Positions 49,473 through 60,139 are shown, numbered from the stretch's first letter. The stretch: DNA of 64,000 nucleotides from an uncultured Thermoproteaceae archaeon (GCA_964575955.1 CAZNTG010000015.1:19943-83942), one strand, 5' to 3'. Translations and numbers: made by a program. Notes: generated by a model from the letters alone, not told the origin.

Positions 49473-50255
49473 ATGTGTAGAATATGTACATATGTAGGTA
49501 AAGTAGATAGAGAAATTTTGAATGAAATATGTGAAACAATGTTAAAAGTTTCTAGACATGACACTATAGGCATACTATCAGGAATAGATGATTACCATCC
49601 TGATGGTTGGGGAATATATGCAACATGTAGAGATGTAGAACTATACTTCAGATCTTCGAAACCAATATATGAAGATGAAGATACATTTAAAAACATAGTT
49701 AAGACACTATGCAAATTTGAAAAACTACTAACAATAATGCACATAAGGGCTGCAAGCGAGGGAGAGCCTATTGGATTTGAACATTCTCACCCATACATGA
49801 TAGATTTCGGAAATGTCAAAGTAGTACTTGCTCATAATGGTGCTGTTAAGAAGATAGATATACTAGACAGTATAGGTATGCCATATTTGAAAGATTATGT
49901 AACTGACAGTAAAGCACTTTCAATATATATTGCATACATGTTGAATAAGGGTAAGAATATTGATGATATAATTATTGAAATTATGGAAAAATATACAAAG
50001 ACAGCACTCATGACAAGTATATACATTAGAGATCTCAATAGTAGAAAACTAGTAATTACAAGTCACATAACTGAAAGAGCTAGACGTAGAGAATCATACT
50101 ATAGATTGTATAAGGTTATTGGAGATGAGTTTACAATATACATGTCATCATCTTTAGTATATAATTCACATATTGAATGTTTAAAAATTTCTAAATGTAA
50201 TACAATACAACTACCATCAAGATACTACTACGAAATTATTAATATGGATCTATAG
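49473..50255 (+). CDS. class II glutamine amidotransferase (YafJ/EgtC-like)
   Basis: MCR N-terminus, HPDGWG, HIRAAS, HSHPY, AHNG and TDS motifs. Confidence 0.9.
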   Translation: MCRICTYVGKVDREILNEICETMLKVSRHDTIGILSGIDDYHPDGWGIYATCRDVELYFRSSKPIYEDEDTFKNIVKTLCKFEKLLTIMHIRAASEGEPIGFEHSHPYMIDFGNVKVVLAHNGAVKKIDILDSIGMPYLKDYVTDSKALSIYIAYMLNKGKNIDDIIIEIMEKYTKTALMTSIYIRDLNSRKLVITSHITERARRRESYYRLYKVIGDEFTIYMSSSLVYNSHIECLKISKCNTIQLPSRYYYEIINMDL

Positions 50256-51311
50256 TTCAATAATTTCTAAACCATCTTTAACTAAATCCTGTAGTTTTGA
50301 AAAGACTTCATCTAAATTTCTCCTATATCTAAATGTTAAGATTAGTTGAATATTTCTAGATAGAGCTCTCTTAACTATTATCGTTGTAACTTTAGTAAGC
50401 AGGTCATCTCCCATGAGTGAGTCATAATCATCAACTATAAGAGTTCCGTTATTTCTCAAATTTTCAATTAGTGTACATATGTTTAGTATATTTCTAAATG
50501 ATGATTCTAGAGATGATACAGGTCTTGAAGTTGATAGATCTTCAATAATGTATTCATCTCTATTCTTAATTCTTCTAACATCTATAATTACCTCTCTATT
50601 AAATATTTCGGATAAAATTTTACTAACTCTATACTTTACACATGGATCCGTTAGTAATATCTTATATGTTTCTATATTTGGATCTTCAATATTTGGTATT
50701 ATTGAGTACTGTGCAATATTGTTATATGGTGTTAATATTTTTATACTTTCCTTTAACATGTTTGGAAATATTTCTTGGTATAGTATTATGAAGAGTTCTC
50801 TATCTAGTATTGTTATTCTTGGATATACAACTCTAACATTATATACGCAGTGTGATAGGTAGTGTGCTTCTATCTTTATACTATACTTATCATAGTTGTA
50901 CTCTCTAATAACGTATGAAAACATTGCCTGTAACATCTCTGATCTTGTTATTTTAGCATCTTCAATTTCTATACCTGTGCTAAGTGTTCCATCACTTACT
51001 GATAGTGAGAAGTCTATGTCAAATATAGCATTCTTATTAACGTATGGTAATGTTATTGTTCCTCTAGTATATATGTGTATTCTTTTTGAAATATCATTAT
51101 CTGGTAGTAGTTCTCTTACTTGATCTATAGCATAGTCATACTCTCTCAATATTGGATCTAGTAGAAATGTTTTTAAACATAGTTTTAATGCATGTACTAT
51201 ACTTGATTTTCCACTACCTGATTTTCCATATATTAAATTTATTTTTGAGAATTTGAATTCTCTCTTATCTTTAAAACATTTGAAATTTTCAATTACTATT
51301 TTCTCAAGCAT
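50250..51311 (-). CDS. ABC/SMC-type (AAA_15/AAA_21-like) ATPase, partly degenerate
   Basis: IENFKCF, YGKSGSGKSS; altered signature (LESSF), Walker B LIVDD and no His switch (QLILTF). Confidence 0.75.
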   Translation of the reverse strand: MLEKIVIENFKCFKDKREFKFSKINLIYGKSGSGKSSIVHALKLCLKTFLLDPILREYDYAIDQVRELLPDNDISKRIHIYTRGTITLPYVNKNAIFDIDFSLSVSDGTLSTGIEIEDAKITRSEMLQAMFSYVIREYNYDKYSIKIEAHYLSHCVYNVRVVYPRITILDRELFIILYQEIFPNMLKESIKILTPYNNIAQYSIIPNIEDPNIETYKILLTDPCVKYRVSKILSEIFNREVIIDVRRIKNRDEYIIEDLSTSRPVSSLESSFRNILNICTLIENLRNNGTLIVDDYDSLMGDDLLTKVTTIIVKRALSRNIQLILTFRYRRNLDEVFSKLQDLVKDGLEIIEL

Positions 51312-51357
51312 TACTAATCGGCTATATTCATGTTTTGGATATAAAAGTAGTATCTTC

Positions 51358-51771
51358 TTAATGTCTAGCTAGTCCATGTCTAACCTTATCTACATATCTT
51401 AACAAGTCTTGTGCTATTGTTGATGCTTTACAGGATATGTCATCCATATTCTCTCTTATGAACATTATGAGTTCTACACCACCCATTCTAGATATCTTAT
51501 CTAGAATTTCTTGAAGTTCTACAGCAGCTTTTACAGAGTCTGAAGATATTACACCTAGACTTCTCAACGTTTCTGCAGCTTCTCTAACTTTTCCACATGT
51601 TGTTCCGCTAGTGATGTTTCTACATATGTAGAATATCAAGTCTACAGCCATCTGAGCTATTGACGTTACTTTCCATACAAGTCTATATCCGAAATCATCT
51701 CTATTCAACATACAGCATATCTGTAGTATTGAGTTAGCTCTATGTTCTACTATTTTAATATTTAAAGGCAT
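51358..51771 (-). CDS. HEPN/DUF86-like helical protein lacking the RxxxxH motif
   Basis: IAQMAVDL...AETLRSLGVISS resembles DUF86/HepT; catalytic motif absent. Confidence 0.45.
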   Translation of the reverse strand: MPLNIKIVEHRANSILQICCMLNRDDFGYRLVWKVTSIAQMAVDLIFYICRNITSGTTCGKVREAAETLRSLGVISSDSVKAAVELQEILDKISRMGGVELIMFIRENMDDISCKASTIAQDLLRYVDKVRHGLARH

Positions 51772-51847
51772 GTATAGAATATCCTTAACTAACTATTCAA
51801 TATTGCTATTCACAGTACAATTTAATAGTTAGTCTACAATACTATAA

Positions 51848-52678
51848 TTGGACAAGATGGAGATTGATCTCAAAGGTGTTAGTGAGAGAACAATAACGCA
51901 GAACATACTTAGATATGGTATGGAGAAGCTCATAGATATCTCACAGGTAGATGTTGCAATTGTTGGTGCAGGACCTTCAGGTATGGCATGTGCATACTAC
52001 CTAGCTAAGGAAGGTTTGAAAGTTTTGATAATTGAGAGAAGACTATCATTTGGAGGTGGTATTGGAGGTGGTGGAATGTTAATACCTGCAGTTGTTGTAC
52101 AAAAATCATTGAGAAATATATTAGAGAAAGATTTCAAGATAAGATATGTAGAATCTGACGATGTGTTAATAGTAGATCCTGTTGAATTAATAGCAAAACT
52201 TGCAGTATCTGCACTAGAAGCAGGTGCAAAAATGCTACTTGGAGTAACTGTTGAAGATATAGTAACTGATAGAGAGAGAAAGAAAGTTACAGGAGTAGTA
52301 ATAAATTGGACAGCAGTACACATGTCTCAACTATGGGTAGATCCACTATTCATAAAAGCAAACGCCGTAGTTGACGCAACAGGACATGAAGCATCTGTAG
52401 TTAGATTAGCAGCAAAGAAATTAAACATAAAGATTGACGTACTTGGAGAAGGACCAGCAATACCTGAACTTGCAGATGATCTAGTAGTTAAGTATAGTAA
52501 GAAGATAATACCAGGACTATACACAACAGGAATGGCAACAGCAGCAGTATATAAACTACCTAGGATGGGTCCAATATTTGGAGGTATGATACTTTCAGGG
52601 AAGAAGGTTGCAGAAGAAATTATTAGAGATCTTAAAGAACAGAAAGAGGAGAAAGTTAGAGAAGTTGAAACTGGTTAA
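51848..52678 (+). CDS. thi4: sulfide-dependent thiazole synthase Thi4
   Basis: GAGPSG, SFGGGIGGGGM, VDP, DATGH and PRMGPIFGGM motifs. Confidence 0.93.
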   Translation: MDKMEIDLKGVSERTITQNILRYGMEKLIDISQVDVAIVGAGPSGMACAYYLAKEGLKVLIIERRLSFGGGIGGGGMLIPAVVVQKSLRNILEKDFKIRYVESDDVLIVDPVELIAKLAVSALEAGAKMLLGVTVEDIVTDRERKKVTGVVINWTAVHMSQLWVDPLFIKANAVVDATGHEASVVRLAAKKLNIKIDVLGEGPAIPELADDLVVKYSKKIIPGLYTTGMATAAVYKLPRMGPIFGGMILSGKKVAEEIIRDLKEQKEEKVREVETG

Positions 52679-52681
52679 AAG

Positions 52682-53512
52682 CTAGACTCTAATTCTCAAT
52701 CTAGATAGTAAAACTCTAGCAATAACTACAAGACCTGCAAATATACTAATAATAATTCCACAAAGACCTGAAGGTGGAATATTCAAATTTATAGATAGAA
52801 ATATCGAGATTATTAATGTTATAAAAACTAGACTAGACGTTAGAAATATTGTATATACTGGTCTAACTTTAGCATTTATTAATACTGAACCAGGTATTAG
52901 TAATACTGCATATGTTACAAATAGTCCAAGAACATATACACATGCAAGTGTTGTTAATGATATAAGTATTGAAAGTAAGTAGTATAATGCTCTCGCTCTA
53001 ATAGATGTTGAAAGTGCATAATCATAATCATATGATATCAATATAAACTCTCTATAAAACCATGTAAATAATGTAGAACAGAATAGACAAATTATAAACA
53101 TTATAAATATATCCTGGTCAGATATTAGAAATATACTACCTGTAAGAAAACTCCACATTCTAGATATCATAAATCCTGGAAGTATAGCCATGAATAGTGC
53201 AGCAATACTTAGAAATAGTGCAAATATTGTAGATAAGATAAGATCTCTTTCTGATAATTCACGAACATGTATAATAAATCCGCAAGTTATTAATGATGTA
53301 GATATTACAACAATCCAAACTAGTAGTGGATTTATAGATATGTTGAATATGTAGACTATGTAGAATAGTATTGATAATGATGCAAGTATTGCGTGAGATA
53401 CAGTAACTACTAGAAAGCTTGATCTAGAGATTGATGTGTATGTTGATGTAAATCCTGATACTATAGATATCAATGCTGATAAACATACTAACTTGACTAG
53501 TAGATTAATCAT
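52682..53512 (-). CDS. Zn/Mn ABC transporter permease
   Basis: SHA, FLTGSI and ISYD..YA motifs; multi-TM. Confidence 0.88.
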   Translation of the reverse strand: MINLLVKLVCLSALISIVSGFTSTYTSISRSSFLVVTVSHAILASLSILFYIVYIFNISINPLLVWIVVISTSLITCGFIIHVRELSERDLILSTIFALFLSIAALFMAILPGFMISRMWSFLTGSIFLISDQDIFIMFIICLFCSTLFTWFYREFILISYDYDYALSTSIRARALYYLLSILISLTTLACVYVLGLFVTYAVLLIPGSVLINAKVRPVYTIFLTSSLVFITLIISIFLSINLNIPPSGLCGIIISIFAGLVVIARVLLSRLRIRV

Positions 53513-54285
53513 GCACAGTATGGTGATCTTGTTGGTATTATTTTCCTATCTTTTTCAGGATAGTGTCTTAAGAACTTATCAATATCTTCAACCATTCTAG
53601 AGCTGTATAGTGTAGCTCTACCCTGATTAACTAGAAGCACATAGTCAGACCATGACATTGCAATTTCAATATCGTGAGTTACTAATAGTATAGTTTTTGA
53701 ATATTTTTTAGCAAGATCTTTCAAATATTCCAAAATTTCAACTTTACTAATCTCATCAACATTACTGAGAGGTTCATCAAGAATTAGAAGTTCAGGATCT
53801 TTAACTAGAGCTCTAGCTAATAATACCTTCTGTTGTTGACCACCACTAAGCTCTTGAAAATTCTTATCAAGAATATCTGAAATACCTAACTCATCAACAA
53901 TCTTGTAAACTCTATCCCACAAAAATTTAGGAATTATAAGTCTTGGTTGAGGAAGTTTTTCAAGTAATCCTGTCATCAATATATCTCTTACAGTTATTGG
54001 AACAACATAGTTAATAACATCTCTCTGAGGCATATATCCAATCTTCTCTCTAAGCTTAGTAGGATATTTAGATTTATTAGAAATTTCATAATTAAAAACT
54101 TTCAAAATACCTGAACTTGGCTTTATAAGACCAATAATAGTCTTCATTAAAGTAGTCTTACCAGCACCATTAGGACCAATAACAGCTACAAGACAAGACT
54201 TTCCAATTCTAAATGATGCATCTCTAATTATGTACTTTCCAGATATTGAGATAGATAGTCTATCTGCTTCAAGTACTAGATCCAT
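53509..54285 (-). CDS. Zn/Mn ABC transporter ATP-binding protein
   Basis: GPNGAGKT, LSGGQ, LILDEP and VTHD motifs. Confidence 0.93.
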   Translation of the reverse strand: MDLVLEADRLSISISGKYIIRDASFRIGKSCLVAVIGPNGAGKTTLMKTIIGLIKPSSGILKVFNYEISNKSKYPTKLREKIGYMPQRDVINYVVPITVRDILMTGLLEKLPQPRLIIPKFLWDRVYKIVDELGISDILDKNFQELSGGQQQKVLLARALVKDPELLILDEPLSNVDEISKVEILEYLKDLAKKYSKTILLVTHDIEIAMSWSDYVLLVNQGRATLYSSRMVEDIDKFLRHYPEKDRKIIPTRSPYCA

Positions 54286-54344
54286 GCGGATATTTAATAA
54301 TTAGAAAGGCATGTATTTTAACCTACCTCAACAGAGAAAGCACA

Positions 54345-55349
54345 GTGAGAATTGAGAAGATAATCATAATATTGCTAATATTGACCATACTAGTAGCAGC
54401 TTTAAGTAATGTAGTTCAATCTAGAGAATGTATAGTAGTTACAGCACCAATAGAGAAGTATGCTCTAGAACAAGTCTTACCTAAAAACTATACCATAATT
54501 ACAATACTTACAGGTAATGTAAATCCACACTACATACCTGTAAAACCAAGAATGATAAGTAAGGTCAAGATGTGTCAAATATATATTCCTCTATGGCATT
54601 TCTCAATTGAGTATAGATTGATAAAATATGCAAAAATAGTAACAACATTAAAAGACTATGAGAAAAATGGATTAAAATTCTTAAAATATCCATACACAGA
54701 TATAGTAAATTCACATGGATGGTGGCTATATCCAGAGAATATGAAAGCTCTCATAAAATCTACACTACCTAAACTATGCATAGTATATAGGTGTAGTAGA
54801 GATATAGTAGAGATTTATTATAGAAAGTTTGATGAAGATATTGAGAAACTTGAACAATACTTAAAATATATAGGTGAGAGAATAAAAATTGAATGTCCAG
54901 GGATAGTGATAGTATGTACATCACCAGCATTACAATATCTTGCATATAGTATGAATATTTCATGTATAGTTATTCGAGAAGGATTAAATATTCAAAACAT
55001 ATTTAAGTACTATAGAAATAGGAAGTTTATAATATTAATGGCAAGCTTTCAAAAAGGTACTAGAGAGTCATGGTATTTTAAAGATCTTATCAGAGGGGGT
55101 AGAGGAGTTATAATATACGTACCTATTCTAGGTGATGTAAACGTAAACTACACATATACAGGATTTCTCTACACACTTGCTGGAGAGATATATGGTGCAT
55201 GTATATCTCTAAACAATATGAATAATTCATTCAGAACAACTTCAGAAAACTACTACACATACATTCTCTACGTACTTTCAATCCTACTATCCATATGTCT
55301 AGTAATTATAGTGGGATTCTTAAGAAGTTATAAGGTTAGATATTTCTAA
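54345..55349 (+). CDS. Zn/Mn ABC transporter substrate-binding protein
   Basis: Signal peptide, NPHY and NSHGWW His ligands, C-terminal TM anchor; divergent from the ATPase and permease. Confidence 0.85.
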   Translation: MRIEKIIIILLILTILVAALSNVVQSRECIVVTAPIEKYALEQVLPKNYTIITILTGNVNPHYIPVKPRMISKVKMCQIYIPLWHFSIEYRLIKYAKIVTTLKDYEKNGLKFLKYPYTDIVNSHGWWLYPENMKALIKSTLPKLCIVYRCSRDIVEIYYRKFDEDIEKLEQYLKYIGERIKIECPGIVIVCTSPALQYLAYSMNISCIVIREGLNIQNIFKYYRNRKFIILMASFQKGTRESWYFKDLIRGGRGVIIYVPILGDVNVNYTYTGFLYTLAGEIYGACISLNNMNNSFRTTSENYYTYILYVLSILLSICLVIIVGFLRSYKVRYF

Positions 55350-56094
55350 ATAGTTCATAGGCTTCATCAATCATACTTATAACATTCTCATCAATCTTCT
55401 CAGATATATATCTCTTAACTACATTACCACCTTTAGCAACTACTATTAAGAATCTAAATTTTCCATGAATTTTCATTATTGTATTTAGGTAAATTCTAAA
55501 TAGTAGATATTTATCCTCGTGTATTATAGATATTTCAAGAGGTATTTGAGGTATTCTACCAATACATGATACAGATATCATTGTTTGTTCATTAAATTTT
55601 CTAACCTTACTAATGAAGTGTTTTAAAATTTTTACAGATTCTATATTCATATATCCAAAGTTTATACATAAATTTTCGCCAAGTCTACTTGGTGCTAGTA
55701 TTATTGTATCTTTATCATCTTTTGATATGTTGTTTAAGAATATTGGTAATGACATGACATTAACCCATCTACTGAAGTCTTTGTTAAATATTGAAGACTT
55801 TGTTAGATTTATCTTTGGTAACTCTACAAGATCTCCACTTCTAGTAATATAGCATACACCTTCAATACTTCCTGGATCTACTGCTTTTATTGTTGAATGT
55901 CCGAATGATGTTATTGCTACGTGACCTCTAATTAAGTCATCTTCAATTTCCAGTTGTGTCAATGTCTCTACGATATCTCTAGGTATCTCATCTGTAGGTT
56001 TTGCAATACTTATATTTCTACCCTCGATAATACATAGTGTTATTTCACTATCCTGTTTTCCAACTATTACAGTTACAGGAACTTTAATTAACAT
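55336..56094 (-). CDS. hypothetical protein
   Basis: 252-aa ORF with typical composition; no motif recognised. Confidence 0.65.
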   Translation of the reverse strand: MLIKVPVTVIVGKQDSEITLCIIEGRNISIAKPTDEIPRDIVETLTQLEIEDDLIRGHVAITSFGHSTIKAVDPGSIEGVCYITRSGDLVELPKINLTKSSIFNKDFSRWVNVMSLPIFLNNISKDDKDTIILAPSRLGENLCINFGYMNIESVKILKHFISKVRKFNEQTMISVSCIGRIPQIPLEISIIHEDKYLLFRIYLNTIMKIHGKFRFLIVVAKGGNVVKRYISEKIDENVISMIDEAYELFRNI

Positions 56095-56176
56095 ATAGAC
56101 ACCTGATGACTATCTAATACACGTTTTAGGATATTTTAAACAAGCTCTTGATTAAATATTACTCTACTAGTCTAGT

Positions 56177-56581
56177 GTGGAAATTAGTAAGTCAGTCATT
56201 GAGCGTGTTCTAACTGTAGTATTTTCAAGTAACTCTAAATGTATACCTCTATCAGATGTTGTTCCTGATGATGTAGATGTTGATAGTCTAGCTAGAGAAC
56301 TTATGAAAATTAAGAATCTAGTAGTGTACTACAACATTCCTGAAGATGAGTATTATGTATGTAGAAGAGATTCATGTAGTAGAAGGTTGACAGTTCAAGA
56401 TATTGTAGATGAGTTGAAGAGTAGGTATGATGGTGAGCTTGTACCAAAACCTGAAATTTTAGATTTTCTAAAGGAGAGAGCACCTGCAAAATATGAAGCT
56501 ATATATAACATGCTTCTAAATGATGGTGTTTTAGAGGAAGTTAACATATCGGGTATGGTATTTGTAAGAATTGTTAAATAG
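56177..56581 (+). CDS. hypothetical protein (possible tandem wHTH)
   Basis: 134-aa ORF ending YNMLLNDGVLEEV...VFVR. Confidence 0.6.
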   Translation: MEISKSVIERVLTVVFSSNSKCIPLSDVVPDDVDVDSLARELMKIKNLVVYYNIPEDEYYVCRRDSCSRRLTVQDIVDELKSRYDGELVPKPEILDFLKERAPAKYEAIYNMLLNDGVLEEVNISGMVFVRIVK

Positions 56582-56605
56582 TTACTAGACAATACTCAAG
56601 TATTA

Positions 56606-57418
56606 ATGTTGAAGATAGTAGTCCTTGTAAAGACTGTAGTACCGATAGTATCTACAGTTAAGGTAGATGAGAAGACAGGCAGTCTAATACGTGAAGGTGT
56701 TCCAACAACATTAAATCCATGGGATTATGTAGCTATAGAATTTGCAATTAAACTTAGAGATGAGTATGGTGGTAAAGTCACAGCTATAAGTATGGCACCA
56801 CCCTTCGCTAAAGATGTTTTAGAAGATGTTATAGGCATGGGTGTCGATGATGCAATTCTTGTAAGTGATAGAGCATTTGCAGGATCAGACACGTTAGCAA
56901 CATCCTACATATTAGCATCAGCTATAAAATATGCAATACCTGACTTCGATCTCATAGTTACAGGACAGGAAGCTGCAGATAGCTTAACAAGTCACGTACC
57001 TGCACAAATAGCATCAATACTATCAATACCATACATATACTATGTGAACAATATAGTCAAGATAGATCTTGTAAATAAGGTTGTAAATGTTGAGAGAATA
57101 CTTGAAGATGAAGATAGAGTTGAAGAGTATAAAGTTAAATTACCAGCAATCTTCTCAATATATAAGAAAAATATTGTAATACCAATAAGAGTATCTAGAA
57201 AGATAAATGCAAAGATAGAGAAGAAGGTTAAAATAATAACTAATAAAGAATTAAACTTAGAAAGTTCTAAGATTGGTCTAGCAGGTAGTCCTACTAGAGT
57301 TTTAAAGGTTGAAAATTATGTATATCAATATAAGAAACCTGAAATATTAGAGAAAGATTTAGAATATATCTCAAAGTGGTTAATAGATCTTATACAGAAA
57401 TTTAAGGAAGGTGAATAA
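56606..57418 (+). CDS. fixA: electron transfer flavoprotein beta subunit
   Basis: LIREGV..TLNPWD, SDRAFAGSDTLATS and GLAGSPT motifs. Confidence 0.92.
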   Translation: MLKIVVLVKTVVPIVSTVKVDEKTGSLIREGVPTTLNPWDYVAIEFAIKLRDEYGGKVTAISMAPPFAKDVLEDVIGMGVDDAILVSDRAFAGSDTLATSYILASAIKYAIPDFDLIVTGQEAADSLTSHVPAQIASILSIPYIYYVNNIVKIDLVNKVVNVERILEDEDRVEEYKVKLPAIFSIYKKNIVIPIRVSRKINAKIEKKVKIITNKELNLESSKIGLAGSPTRVLKVENYVYQYKKPEILEKDLEYISKWLIDLIQKFKEGE

Positions 57419-57420
57419 TA

Positions 57421-58398
57421 ATGACAGTACTAGTATATGTAGACTATATACCCCAAAGTAGACAACCGAGACAGGAATCTATAAGTATTGTAGATATTGC
57501 ATATAGAATATCTAAAAAGCTTAATGAAGATGTTGAAGGTGTTGTAATAAACTCAATAATGGTAACATCAAAAATTAGAGATTTAAAAATATTTAAGAGA
57601 GTATACAATGTACGTATAAAAAACATACCTGAAGGTATATATAGTCCAACACTATTTGGAGAAGCACTGTATAGATTTTGTAAATCTAGAAGTGATATAA
57701 CTACAATACTGTTTCCAGCAACATTAAGATGTAGAGAAATTGCACCATACGTAGCTGCTAAACTAGAAACAGGACTTGTAGCTGATGTATCTGATATATA
57801 TGTAGATGATAGAGGTGAGATTGTAGCTGTTAAACCAAGTTTTGGAGAAAATATTCTAGCACACATATACATACCTGATAGAAAGCCTAAGATGTTCACT
57901 GTAAGAGCATCAGCTAAGACAATTAGAGAACTATATGATACATGTGAAGTAGTTCATGAAGAACTTGATATACATGTTGAGAATATTGAATATGTTAAGA
58001 GTAGTCAAATATACGATCCTGATAGTGATATAATGCCTGAAAAGCATAAGATAGTTATTGGAGTTGGTGCAGGTGTTAATAGAGATCTCATAGATACTTT
58101 AAAAGCAATAGCTAGAAAGTTAGGAATAGGAATTGCAGCAACAAAAAAAGTAACTGATAGAGGATTATTATCAACAAAATTCCTCATAGGAGAATCAGGA
58201 AAGATAATTAGACCAAGACTCTACATAGCTCTAGGAATATCAGGAGCACCACAACATATGACAGGTATTAAAGATTGTAATACGATCATAGCAGTTAACA
58301 TAGATGAAAATGCACCAATATCGAAATACTGTACATACTTAGTGAAGTGTGATGTAAATACATTAATTAAAAAGATTGCAGACATAGTATTGAGATAA
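57421..58398 (+). CDS. fixB: electron transfer flavoprotein alpha subunit
   Basis: TGLVAD, PSFGEN, IGESG and LYIALGISGAPQH motifs. Confidence 0.92.
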   Translation: MTVLVYVDYIPQSRQPRQESISIVDIAYRISKKLNEDVEGVVINSIMVTSKIRDLKIFKRVYNVRIKNIPEGIYSPTLFGEALYRFCKSRSDITTILFPATLRCREIAPYVAAKLETGLVADVSDIYVDDRGEIVAVKPSFGENILAHIYIPDRKPKMFTVRASAKTIRELYDTCEVVHEELDIHVENIEYVKSSQIYDPDSDIMPEKHKIVIGVGAGVNRDLIDTLKAIARKLGIGIAATKKVTDRGLLSTKFLIGESGKIIRPRLYIALGISGAPQHMTGIKDCNTIIAVNIDENAPISKYCTYLVKCDVNTLIKKIADIVLR

Positions 58399-58400
58399 TA

Positions 58401-58721
58401 ATGGAATTAAAATTAACACTAATAGACCTGAGACCTGTAAGAAATACTATCATGTTAATATTTGAAGTATATTCTGAAAATTTTGAAATACCAAGAGAAC
58501 CTGCAATATTGAGATTCTCTAAGTTTGGAGACAACTGTCGTATATGTATAGACTTCATATCTGGTAAAAGTATATGCATTAATTCTGATATATGTTTAGA
58601 AGTGTGTGAAGATGTTACTCTTCAAGTATTGTTTAAGTTTAGAGATAGCAAATTTGTACTATTTAAATCATGCTACATTGAAGACTTCAAAATCTATCTA
58701 GATTATGTTGAGACTACATAG
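58401..58721 (+). CDS. hypothetical protein
   Basis: 106-aa ORF 2 nt after fixB. Confidence 0.55.
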   Translation: MELKLTLIDLRPVRNTIMLIFEVYSENFEIPREPAILRFSKFGDNCRICIDFISGKSICINSDICLEVCEDVTLQVLFKFRDSKFVLFKSCYIEDFKIYLDYVETT

Positions 58722-58777
58722 ATCTATATATGATCCTTAGTGAAAAATTAAAAAATATAAGCACAATAATCTAAACG

Positions 58778-59668
58778 ATGGAGAGACTTCCCAACACTTA
58801 TGCAACTATTCTTACAGCACTTGTCGAATTGTATAATGCGTTACGTAGACCAATAAAGTCTAGAGAAATTGCTGAGAAGCTAAATGTTAATGAAGGAACT
58901 ATCAGAAATATAATGATTGCATTGAAGATTATGGGATTTATAGATTCGAAAACAGGACCGTATGGTGGGTATATTCCAACTCAGAAAGCTTTTGAATATA
59001 TAAAATCTCCAAGTGTATCACCACTAGCACATGAGATAGTTCCAATACATATTGGCTCAATGCCTGTAAACGTGTATGCTGTAGGTATAGAGATTCTAGA
59101 TCTACTGAATCCATTTGGAAATAAGGCTATAGTTAGAACTATAGGAGATTTGAAAACTATCAGGATAGGTGATAAGGTTAGAATTGGCCCCTCACTAAAC
59201 ACTAGGATAGTTATTGAGGGAACTGTCGTTGATAAGAGTGTAACCTCAAATGAGATTGTCGTGCAGATTGATAGAATAATGATAATACCAAGAGTTAAAA
59301 TTTCAGATATTATGACTAGAAACTTGATAACAATACATAAAGATGTGACATTGAGAGAAGCTGCAGAGATATTTGCAGAACATAGAATACGTGCATTACC
59401 TGTAGTTGATGATGATGGTAGAATTATAGGATTAATAACAACTAGTGATCTAGCATCTGCAGTTGCTAAAGGTGATCTAAATGGTAAAGTTATGAACTAT
59501 ATGAGACGTGAAGTACCTGTAATACATATTGACAGTGATATATATGACGCTATTAAACTCATGTTAAGGCATAGAATTGGAAGATTGATAGTTATTGATA
59601 GCTCAGGAAAACCTGTAGGTATAGTAACTAGAACAGACGTATTGAAGTACATAGCACTACTAGAATGA
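58778..59668 (+). CDS. HTH-CBS domain transcriptional regulator (COG2524-like)
   Basis: KSREIAEKLN..EGTIRN, GPYGGYIPT and a C-terminal CBS pair. Confidence 0.9.
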   Translation: MERLPNTYATILTALVELYNALRRPIKSREIAEKLNVNEGTIRNIMIALKIMGFIDSKTGPYGGYIPTQKAFEYIKSPSVSPLAHEIVPIHIGSMPVNVYAVGIEILDLLNPFGNKAIVRTIGDLKTIRIGDKVRIGPSLNTRIVIEGTVVDKSVTSNEIVVQIDRIMIIPRVKISDIMTRNLITIHKDVTLREAAEIFAEHRIRALPVVDDDGRIIGLITTSDLASAVAKGDLNGKVMNYMRREVPVIHIDSDIYDAIKLMLRHRIGRLIVIDSSGKPVGIVTRTDVLKYIALLE

Positions 59669-59922
59669 TATGTGAAATATGTGAAGCTGAGAAGGCTGTA
59701 ATCACATGTAAGAGATGTGGTAGAGCTGTATGTGAAAAACATTACAATAAAGACCTCGAGATATGTAAAGTATGTGAATTAACACTATGCTACATATGTA
59801 GAAGAAGGTCAGCAGTAATGGTATGTGCAGTATGTGGTAGACCTATATGTGAAAAAGATAGTTCTAGGATTGGTCTTTATAGAGTTTGCAATTACTGTCT
59901 TCAACAACAGCATAGACAATAA
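59665..59922 (+). CDS. small multi-zinc-finger protein
   Basis: Repeated CxxC motifs (CEIC, CKRC, CEKH, CKVC, CYIC, CAVC, CNYC). Confidence 0.8.
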   Translation: MICEICEAEKAVITCKRCGRAVCEKHYNKDLEICKVCELTLCYICRRRSAVMVCAVCGRPICEKDSSRIGLYRVCNYCLQQQHRQ

Positions 59923-60139
59923 TTAATAAACCAACAATAGGTCCAACACTTACCTGAGCTATAGATATTGAAGTTGACACAATTCTACCCTTACCAACCT
60001 TAGCTAGAAGTTCATCATTAGCCTTCTCCAAAATTCTATTTAACTCATTTAAAAATTCTAAAATACCAAACCTCTGAACTGAGACTTGACCATACTGATA
60101 TGTTAAAGGTAGAAATTTTATAGTATATACAATTCTCAT
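59864..60139 (-). CDS. hypothetical protein
   Basis: 91-aa ORF coupled to the HIT gene stop. Confidence 0.55.
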   Translation of the reverse strand: MRIVYTIKFLPLTYQYGQVSVQRFGILEFLNELNRILEKANDELLAKVGKGRIVSTSISIAQVSVGPIVGLLIIVYAVVEDSNCKLYKDQS

